Origin: an uncultured Chloroflexia bacterium
Lineage (GTDB): Bacteria; Chloroflexota; Limnocylindria; Limnocylindrales; CSP1-4
DNA: 64,000 nt
Direction of reading: 5' to 3'
NCBI GenBank assembly: GCA_963720315.1
Contig: CAVRFC010000002.1
Location: forward strand, 97,990 to 161,989
The notes beneath the pieces are model-generated. The model was not told the origin of the DNA and ran no database searches. It was given only the letters and a program-made list of their open reading frames with translations. The position numbers and the translations under genes are program-made. Shown piece after piece: positions 37,320 to 44,060 of this stretch. Every line of letters begins with the position of its first letter. Position 1 is the stretch's first letter.

Positions 37320-38894
37320 CTAGTTGTCGGACTCGGGGTCGTGGGCGCTGACGTTCAGCGTGCCGTCACCGTGGCCGGTGACGCGGGCCTGGAAGCTCGG
37401 CATGCTCGGGATCGCGTCGCGCAGCACGACGTCGGCGGCGTGGTTGACCGCGAACAGGAACTCGCCGTCAGGACCGGACGAGACGCCGACCGACTGAACG
37501 CCGGGGAGCCGTCCGAGATGGCGCTTGAAGCTGGCGATGCTCGCGACACTCACGAGCCCGACAACGACGACCTGGGTCGACTTCGACTCTGACGACCGGC
37601 CCCGATCGGAGCCCTTGCCCGGGACGAGCCCGGCCAGCCGTGCGGCCAGTGCGTCATCGCCGATCTCGGCAATCTCGTCGCCCTCGCCGCCGCTCGCCTC
37701 GGCCGAGGCAGCAGCCTCCGCCTCCGCGGCGTCGTAGTCGGGCGTCAGGCCGAGGGCTGCCTTCCGGAGGTCGTCCGGGTTGTCGCTCTCGCCGTCGTGG
37801 TGGCCAACGATGTCGATGATGTCGGCAACTGCTTCGGCCCGCTCCGCGGCGTCCGAGGCGACCTCGGCGCTGGCGGCGGCCTCAGCGGCGGCCTGGATGG
37901 CGGCGAAGGCGGACTCGCGGTCGAGGACGAAGTCGTCATCGACTTGGATGGTCTCGTCAGTCGCCGTTTCGGTGGCGAGTTCTGCGGCGCCCTCGATGGT
38001 CTCGGACGACTCTTCGGACTCGACGATCTCGACAACTTCCTCGACGGGCGTCTCGGTCTCTCCGGCCGGCTCGTCGAGTGTTTCCTCGGCGGTCTCGACG
38101 GTTTCGGCGACGTCGGCGACCTCGGTGGTCTCGGTCTCGACGGCCTCGGCCGGCTCGGCGACGACATACGTCCCGTCGAACATCTCTTCGAACGGCGGGG
38201 GCTCGGGCAGGCGCTCGGCCATCGTCGCGAAGTGGGTTGGGTCTTCCTCGGCGAGGAGGCGGGTGAAGAAGTCCTCCATCTCCTGCTCGAAGGCGGCGAC
38301 ACGAGACTGGACCTGTTCGATCTCGCGCTCGATCATGGCGGCGTGGCCGTCGATCTCGCCCTCGAGTCGTGACTTGCGGGTCGTGATCTGGCTCTCGGTC
38401 TCCTCGCGGATGCGAGCGATCTCGGCCTTGGACCACTCGCGGACGGCGGCGACGTCGTCGTCGGCCTTGCGCCGGAGCTCCGTGGCCTCCGTGGCCGAGC
38501 GGGCGTGGATCGCCTCGACGTGAACCTTCGCCTCGCCCTGGAACTGGGTCAGGGTGCGGGAGCGGGCCTCCTCGGCGGCGACCTGCATCGCCTTCGTCAG
38601 GTCCGTCATGAACTTGCTCTGCTTGCGCGGAGCGGCGGCGGTGGCGGTCGTTTCCGGTGCGTCGCTGGTCATTGCGGCTGGTGCCTCGTTGTCGGGCTCG
38701 CCGGTCGGCGCCTCGCTCTCGGTCGACGAGTTGCGCTCCGCCCCCCACGGGTCAGCGGGGGCTTCGTCCGTCGCCTGTTCGACGTCGGCCGTCTGGGCCT
38801 GAGCCTGCTCGACTTCGGTCTCGGTCTGTTCGCTGTTCGACCGCTCAGAATTCCAGGGAAGCCGGAATCCGGCGCGGGCGTCGGTTTGGGCCAT
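37320..38894 (-). CDS. Acidic coiled-coil protein (524 aa) with a conserved ~80-aa C-terminal domain; partner of the CpaE-like ATPase.
   Basis: Acidic N-terminus. Central coiled coil (ATELRRKADDDVAAVREWSKAEIARIREETESQITTRKSRLEGEIDGHAAMIEREIEQVQSRVAAFEQEMEDFF). Acidic ETAE-rich linker. C-terminus STQVVVVGLVSVASIASFKRHLGRLPGVQSVGVSSGPDGEFLFAVNH...TGHGDGTLNVSAHDP. Ends 42 nt upstream of the ATPase start. Confidence 0.6.
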   Translation of the reverse strand: MAQTDARAGFRLPWNSERSNSEQTETEVEQAQAQTADVEQATDEAPADPWGAERNSSTESEAPTGEPDNEAPAAMTSDAPETTATAAAPRKQSKFMTDLTKAMQVAAEEARSRTLTQFQGEAKVHVEAIHARSATEATELRRKADDDVAAVREWSKAEIARIREETESQITTRKSRLEGEIDGHAAMIEREIEQVQSRVAAFEQEMEDFFTRLLAEEDPTHFATMAERLPEPPPFEEMFDGTYVVAEPAEAVETETTEVADVAETVETAEETLDEPAGETETPVEEVVEIVESEESSETIEGAAELATETATDETIQVDDDFVLDRESAFAAIQAAAEAAASAEVASDAAERAEAVADIIDIVGHHDGESDNPDDLRKAALGLTPDYDAAEAEAAASAEASGGEGDEIAEIGDDALAARLAGLVPGKGSDRGRSSESKSTQVVVVGLVSVASIASFKRHLGRLPGVQSVGVSSGPDGEFLFAVNHAADVVLRDAIPSMPSFQARVTGHGDGTLNVSAHDPESDN

Positions 38895-39024
38895 GGGTAC
38901 GGTGCCTCTCCACTGACGGCTCGGGGGTTCCGGGGCGTGAGCGCATCATGGCTGCGTGGGTGGGTGCGGTGGAGTCCGCTAGAGGTACCAGCGTCAGGTC
39001 CCAGTGGTACCGCCCTCGCACCAG

Positions 39025-39040
39025 ACGTCCCCGGACGTCA
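39025..39040. promoter_or_regulatory. Perfect inverted repeat GACGTCC-N2-GGACGTC, 30 nt upstream of the moaA start. Candidate operator.
   Basis: gacgtccccggacgtc at 39025-39040. Lies in the 175-bp divergent region between the coiled-coil gene (-) and moaA (+). Two GGTACC palindromes sit 20 nt further upstream. Confidence 0.3.
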
Positions 39041-39069
39041 CTTGGCTGTAGCCCGCGTACGATAGGGAC

Positions 39070-40125
39070 GTGTCTGCCTTCGACGAACGCCGAATTCCGG
39101 ACCCCGACGCGGTCACCGACCTGCTCGGACGGCCGCTCCACGACCTGCGGATCTCGGTCACCGATCGCTGCAACTTCCGCTGCACCTACTGTATGCCGAA
39201 GGAGATCTTCGGCCCGGACTTCGCGTTCCTGCCGCGCGACCAGGTCCTGAGCTTCGAGGAGATCGACCGCCTCGCGCGCGCGTTCGTCGCGCTCGGCGCG
39301 GAGAAGCTGCGGATCACCGGTGGCGAGCCCCTCGTCCGGCGTGACCTGCCGGTGCTGATCGGGATGCTGGCGGCGATCCGCCGACCCGACGGTGGGCCGC
39401 TCGACCTGACGCTCACGACGAACGGGTCGGCCCTGCGGCGGCTCGCGGGACCGTTGCGAGATGCCGGCCTGCAGCGGGTTACGGTTTCGCTTGACTCGCT
39501 CGACGACGCGACATTCGCGGCGATGAACGGCGTCGACTTCCCCGTCGCGAAGGTACTCGACGGGATCGCGGCTGCCCAGGACGCCGGCCTCGGGCCGATC
39601 AAGATCAACATGGTCGTCCGCCGCGGGATCAACGAGACGAGCATCGTGCCGATGGCGCGTTGGGCGCGCGAGGCCGGCGTGATCCTCCGGTTCATCGAAT
39701 ACATGGACGTCGGCCACACGAACGGCTGGCGCCTCGACGACGTCGTCCCAGCGACGGAGATCACGGCCGCGATCGAGGCCGAGATGCCGCTCGAGGCCCT
39801 GCCGGCGCAGTACCGCGGCGAAGTCGCCAATCGCTGGCGCTACCGCGACGGCTCTGGGGAGGTGGGCGTCATCGCGTCGGTCAGCCAGCCGTTCTGCGGC
39901 GACTGCACCCGTGCTCGTATCTCCGCCGAGGGCAAGCTGTACACGTGTCTGTTTTCAGCCGATGGCCACGACCTGCGGGCAATCGTCCGGAGTGAGGCGT
40001 CCGACGACGAACTGCGCGAGGCGATCGCCCGGGTCTGGCGCGTCCGCGACGACCGCTACTCCGACCTGCGCACCGCCGCGACATCGGACCTGCCGCGGGT
40101 CGAGATGTTCGCGATGGGCGGCTGA
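39070..40125 (+). CDS. moaA: GTP 3',8-cyclase MoaA (radical SAM, molybdenum cofactor biosynthesis).
   Basis: GTG 39070. CNFRCTYC radical-SAM cluster. LRITGGEPL, TTNGSAL, C-terminal second cluster CGDCTRARISAEGKLYTCLF. C-terminal GG. Confidence 0.9.
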   Translation: MSAFDERRIPDPDAVTDLLGRPLHDLRISVTDRCNFRCTYCMPKEIFGPDFAFLPRDQVLSFEEIDRLARAFVALGAEKLRITGGEPLVRRDLPVLIGMLAAIRRPDGGPLDLTLTTNGSALRRLAGPLRDAGLQRVTVSLDSLDDATFAAMNGVDFPVAKVLDGIAAAQDAGLGPIKINMVVRRGINETSIVPMARWAREAGVILRFIEYMDVGHTNGWRLDDVVPATEITAAIEAEMPLEALPAQYRGEVANRWRYRDGSGEVGVIASVSQPFCGDCTRARISAEGKLYTCLFSADGHDLRAIVRSEASDDELREAIARVWRVRDDRYSDLRTAATSDLPRVEMFAMGG

Positions 40126-40130
40126 GAGCC

Positions 40131-40218
40131 GCGTCCACAGAGTTATCCACTCGGCATCCACAATGGTCGGTAACTCGTGGATACTCGGACGCGACGTGGA
40201 CCAAAGTTCGTGGATAAG
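40131..40218. promoter_or_regulatory. Cluster of six DnaA-box-like 8-9-mers (TTATCCACA-like): three forward then three reverse.
   Basis: Forward: cgTCCACAg (40132-40139), TTATCCACt (40144-40152), cATCCACAa (40156-40164). Reverse: cgtggatac (40176-40184), cgtggacc (40195-40202), cgtggataa (40209-40218). Located in the 366-bp gap between moaA and the PNP gene. Confidence 0.4.
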
Positions 40219-40491
40219 CGCGTTGACCGGTTCATCGCTCCCGCCGTACCGTAGGACTTGCCCGAAGGGGCCGTCAGAGACCGGAGAAACCGAGATCACA
40301 TCAAGGGCCTCCGATCTGGACCGGTCGCTTCGGGCGCTTTGTTGCCCGCGATCGTCGGCTCCGGCCGGCTCGGGGGCGAACGCCCGACGGACTGCGACCG
40401 GCATCCCGGTGTCGGTACGTCCGTCGGGCCGACAAAGCCGCGGGCCTCGGCCGTCTTCCCCCTGGACGCATATCCGGAGGCCCGCACGTTC

Positions 40492-41352
40492 GTGAGCGAT
40501 CCGATCGACCCTACCCGTCCGATCCCGCCCGCCGAACAGCCCGCGCGCCTCGCCGCCCTCGAGGCGGCCGTCCGGGCCCGGACCAACATCGTCCCGGAAG
40601 TCGGGATCGTCCTCGGCTCGGGGCTCGGCGGGCTCGCCGCCGACGTCGAGGATCCCGTCGCGATTCCCTTTGCCGAGCTCCCCGGCTGGCCGGCCGCGAC
40701 GGCGCCAGGACACGTCGGTCGGCTGCTGCTGGGGAAGCTCGCGGGCAAGAACGTCGTCATGCTCCAAGGCCGCTTCCACGTCTACGAGGGCAACGATCCC
40801 GGCCTCGTCGTCCAGCCGGTCCTGCTATTCCGGCGGCTCGGCGCGCGCGTCGTCGTCCTGACGAACGCGGCCGGCGGCGTCGATCCGGCGTTTGGGCCCG
40901 GGACGCTCATGGTCATTCGCGACCACCTCAACCTGACCGGGCGGACGCCGCTGCTGGGACCGAACGCCGCCGAGATCGGGCCGCGGTTCCAGGACCTGAC
41001 CGAGGCCTGGAACCCCCTGCTTCGCGAGGGTCTCCACGCCGCCGGACGGGCCGAAGGGGTCGACCTTGTCGAGGGCGTCTACGCGGGACTGCTCGGGCCA
41101 CAGTACGAGACCCCGTCGGAGGTCCTGATGCTCCGGACCCTCGGAGCGGACGCGGTTGGGATGTCGACGGTCCTCGAATGCATCGCGGCGCGCTGGTGCG
41201 GCCTGGACGTCTGCGGCGTCTCGCTGGTCACGAACGCCGGCGCCGGCTACAGCGGCGAGCCCCTGACCCACGAGGAGGTCCTCGCCGCCGGGGCCGAGGC
41301 TGGGCCACGGCTGGCAAAGGTCATTCGGCGGTTCGTCGCTGATCTGGGCTAG
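40492..41352 (+). CDS. Purine nucleoside phosphorylase (PNP/MTAP family, PunA-like).
   Basis: GTG 40492. Motifs VGIVLGSGLGGLA, GHVGRLLLGKL, VVMLQGRFHVYEG, VLTNAAGG, LLGPQYETPSEV, GADAVGMSTVLE. Confidence 0.85.
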   Translation: MSDPIDPTRPIPPAEQPARLAALEAAVRARTNIVPEVGIVLGSGLGGLAADVEDPVAIPFAELPGWPAATAPGHVGRLLLGKLAGKNVVMLQGRFHVYEGNDPGLVVQPVLLFRRLGARVVVLTNAAGGVDPAFGPGTLMVIRDHLNLTGRTPLLGPNAAEIGPRFQDLTEAWNPLLREGLHAAGRAEGVDLVEGVYAGLLGPQYETPSEVLMLRTLGADAVGMSTVLECIAARWCGLDVCGVSLVTNAGAGYSGEPLTHEEVLAAGAEAGPRLAKVIRRFVADLG

Positions 41353-41446
41353 TACGACGGCCCAGGGCTGTCCCAACTTGTGGCCAGATATCCACCCGCG
41401 GACTGTTCGGCCTCATACGCGGCAATCGGAATCGGCTAATAGCGCG

Positions 41447-41469
41447 CTCGGCAGCTGCCGAAGGCTAAC
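41447..41469. repeat. Copy 2 of a 23-bp palindromic element (ctcggcagctgccgaaggctaac), inverted relative to copy 1.
   Basis: Reverse complement gttagccttcggcagctgccgag matches 21497-21519 at 22 of 23 positions. Core cttcggcagctgccgaag is a perfect 18-bp palindrome. Sits between convergent PNP and dienelactone-hydrolase genes. Confidence 0.5.
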
Positions 41470-41518
41470 GACCGCCTCAAATGCGGCTGTTTCGGAGTCC
41501 GCCCGACTGCGAAGTGGC

Positions 41519-42409
41519 CTAGTCGTCCTCCGGGGAATATCTGGCCGGTTCGGGTTGAGCGGCGGGACCGGGTGCGGCCGACGCGTCCAGTCGCTCGCCG
41601 AGGAGCGTCACGACTCGTTCGAGCGCCGCTTCGACCTTCTTCTGGGCATCCTGATCCGGGCCCCTGTCGGTGGCGTCGGTGAGGACCGAGTGGGCATGGA
41701 CCTTGGCTTCGATCGGCTCGAAGATCAGGCCCGGCGCGAGGTCTCGGGCCAGCCGCTCCACGCGCTCTATGGGAGCGATCTGGTCGGTCGTGTAGCGGAA
41801 GGCGCGGACGCAGAAGTCGGGATCTTCGCGGCGCGCGATCAGCCGGTCGTAGTCGACGGGCGAGACACCCGGATCCGTGACCTGTCCCGGGATCTTGCCG
41901 AAGGCCTTCATCGCGAATGGCAGTGACGGCTGGCTCGAGACGGCGACGCCGACAACCGAATCGATCGCCATGGCCAGGGCGAAGCCGCCCGTCAGGCACA
42001 TCCCGATGACGCCGACCTTCGGCCGCCCGGACAGTCGAGCTTCCTCGCGGGCGAGCGCGAGCAGCCAACCGCTGATGGGGCTCGTCCGCCCCTGGACTAG
42101 CGCGACGAACTGCCACGAGATGCACAGCCGCAGGGTGCTCGTCACGAACGCCGCGCCGAGCCTGGCCTTGCGGAGCGGCGTGGTGGGTTCCTCGATCACC
42201 CCGCCGACCAGGGCCGGCATCACGACCGCGAAGCCGCGCTTCCGGATGTGTTCGGCCAGCTTCACCGTTCGCCAGCTGATCGACGGCAGCTCGTGGAGGA
42301 GGATGACTACGGGCCCATCCCCGGCGCGGTAGACGTCGTGCGCGATGCCGACGGCCTCGAAGCGCTCGCGCCGGTAGCCCTCCCGCTCTGCGGCGTTTAG
42401 TCGCGCCAT
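41519..42409 (-). CDS. Dienelactone hydrolase-family alpha/beta hydrolase.
   Basis: GPVVILLHE; nucleophile elbow GVIGMCLTGGFA; overall DLH-like length and layout. Confidence 0.7.
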   Translation of the reverse strand: MARLNAAEREGYRRERFEAVGIAHDVYRAGDGPVVILLHELPSISWRTVKLAEHIRKRGFAVVMPALVGGVIEEPTTPLRKARLGAAFVTSTLRLCISWQFVALVQGRTSPISGWLLALAREEARLSGRPKVGVIGMCLTGGFALAMAIDSVVGVAVSSQPSLPFAMKAFGKIPGQVTDPGVSPVDYDRLIARREDPDFCVRAFRYTTDQIAPIERVERLARDLAPGLIFEPIEAKVHAHSVLTDATDRGPDQDAQKKVEAALERVVTLLGERLDASAAPGPAAQPEPARYSPEDD

Positions 42410-42502
42410 GAGGTCTCCGGTATTTGTGTCAGATGCACGCCAGGCGAGCGTATGTCGAAGGAATCGTGTCAGGTGATCGTCTGGGCGAGAACGCGAAGCC
42501 GG

Positions 42503-43288
42503 CTAGCGGACCTCGAGCTCGCGCCCGGCGGCCTTGGCCGCCTTTGCCTTCTCGGCCCAGGCGCTCAGGACGTTGTCCTTGTGTGGGCGGATCGGGCAGT
42601 GCTCGTCGCGGTTGCCCATCTCGTCGCAGTAGCCAAGGGCGACGCACTTCGGGGCGAGGAACGAGCCGAGGAATGGCGAGACCTGGAAGATCTCGTGGCG
42701 GATGAGCTGGAACAGGCGGCGGATCTCCCACTGCGCCATCGTACAGAGCCGCAACCCCGACATGTGGATCAGCGCCCGGAGGTTCGTCGTCATGACGAGG
42801 TTCGTGCGGGTCGCGTTCGGGAAGACAAAGCGGGCGTCCTCGGCCGGGATACCGGCGGCAACGAGGTCGCCGTAGAGGCTCATGGATCCGCCGATCGCCT
42901 CCTCGTAGCTCGCCCGTACGTCCGGATCGGCGTCCTCGATCGAGGCCGGCAGCATCGTCGAGGCACCTTTGTACGTCACGTAGCGCTGGCTCTGCTGATC
43001 GAAGGCGACGCCCGCCCGATGGCGGACGAGCTGGTGCGACAAGGTCCGCGACACGCCGCTGATCCCAAAGGTGAAGACGATGTGCTCGATCGTGGAGCCG
43101 TGGCCTGACTCGATGACGCCCTGGATGAGCTTCTGCTGCTTCGCCGGGTCGACTTCGCCCGCGACCGCGCGCCGGAAGATCTCCTGCGGCTCCAGCTCCG
43201 AGTAGCACGTTCGGCAGGCCGTATAGATGAGCGGAACGTAGAACTTCTCGACGATCTCGCGATCGGGGAAGAGGAGTGTCGCCTTCAT
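42503..43288 (-). CDS. thyX: Flavin-dependent thymidylate synthase ThyX.
   Basis: ATG at complement(43286..43288) with GGAG about 10 nt upstream (MKATLLFPD...). ThyX signature LSHQLVRHRAGVAFDQQSQRY (RHRx7S). TIEH, TNLRALIH. The ORF-track N-terminal extension to 43786 has no support. Confidence 0.85.
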   Translation of the reverse strand: MKATLLFPDREIVEKFYVPLIYTACRTCYSELEPQEIFRRAVAGEVDPAKQQKLIQGVIESGHGSTIEHIVFTFGISGVSRTLSHQLVRHRAGVAFDQQSQRYVTYKGASTMLPASIEDADPDVRASYEEAIGGSMSLYGDLVAAGIPAEDARFVFPNATRTNLVMTTNLRALIHMSGLRLCTMAQWEIRRLFQLIRHEIFQVSPFLGSFLAPKCVALGYCDEMGNRDEHCPIRPHKDNVLSAWAEKAKAAKAAGRELEVR

Positions 43289-43431
43289 CCCGAGCTCCCG
43301 CCGGCCGGGGTTCTTCGGGATGGCCGACTTCTCGCGTGCCGGCGAAGCCCCTCCGGGTGCGGTCGTCGGCTCGGCGGTCATGGAACGCAGTCTAGTCGTT
43401 CGATCGTGGAGCGTCCGGTGCGGCTCCGGAC

Positions 43432-43848
43432 CTACCCGGCGAGGAGAGCCGCGAGGTCCTCCAGGTACGCTTCCCAGTAGCCGAGATGATCGTCGCGGGC
43501 GGTGTCGTCGGAGGTCGTTTCGGGCCAGCCGCCGTGCTCGAGGGTGATAGTCGAGCCGCCGCCAGGGAGCGGCTGTACGGTCCAGCTGACGAGCGTGTCC
43601 GCGCCATCCTCGCTGCCCTCCCAGGCCCACGTGTAAGCGAAGCCGCGGCCCGGATCCACGCTGACGACCGCGCCATCGACGGCGCTGTCGCCGAAATCGA
43701 GCCGGTATGGATCGCCGGGCCGGCCCAGCGGGCTCGCATCGGTGAACCACTCGGCGATCCGGTCCGGGTCGGTGATCGTCTCCCACGCCAGGTCGGCGTC
43801 GGCCGGGGTCTCGACGGTCAGCTGGATGGGGTCGGGTCGGATCTTCAC
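43432..43848 (-). CDS. SRPBCC-superfamily protein (AHSA1/Activator-of-Hsp90-ATPase-homolog-like).
   Basis: GTG at complement(43846..43848), 5 nt after the upstream stop. VKIRPDPIQLTVETPADADLAWETITDPDRIAEWFTDASP...VSWTVQPLPGGGSTITLEHGGW. Confidence 0.6.
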   Translation of the reverse strand: MKIRPDPIQLTVETPADADLAWETITDPDRIAEWFTDASPLGRPGDPYRLDFGDSAVDGAVVSVDPGRGFAYTWAWEGSEDGADTLVSWTVQPLPGGGSTITLEHGGWPETTSDDTARDDHLGYWEAYLEDLAALLAG

Positions 43849-43853
43849 GTCGA

Positions 43854-44060
43854 TCAGTAATAGTCCGAGCAGGAGAGGAAATAGCCGCACTCGCAGATGA
43901 GCTTGCACTTGCGCTCGTCCATCCGCGCCCCGCAGTTGGCGCAGGTCAGGACGACGACGCCGGGATCGACGGGGGGCGCGAGCGGCGGTTCGTCGATGAC
44001 ATCGGCGTCGACGAAGGGGATCGCGGGCGTCGCGACTGGGCCGTCCGGCTCCGGCATCAT
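43854..44060 (-). CDS. Small Cys-rich protein (68 aa); putative zinc ribbon.
   Basis: ATG overlaps the stop of the cyclase-TPR gene (ATGA). ...VVVLTCANCGARMDERKCKLICECGYFLSCSDYY*. Confidence 0.4.
   Translation of the reverse strand: MMPEPDGPVATPAIPFVDADVIDEPPLAPPVDPGVVVLTCANCGARMDERKCKLICECGYFLSCSDYY

Noticed and set aside
40131-40218. DnaA-box array as the chromosomal replication origin
   Set aside because: There is no dnaA, dnaN, recF, gyrB, rpmH or parAB nearby. The flanking genes are moaA and PNP. A regulatory or titration site is more plausible than oriC.
42503-43786. 427-aa ORF as a long ThyX with an N-terminal extension
   Set aside because: The ThyX homology starts at MKATLLFPD (43288), where there is a good SD. 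The upstream 166 codons are Arg/Pro/Gly-rich and overlap the 3' region of the neighbouring gene.
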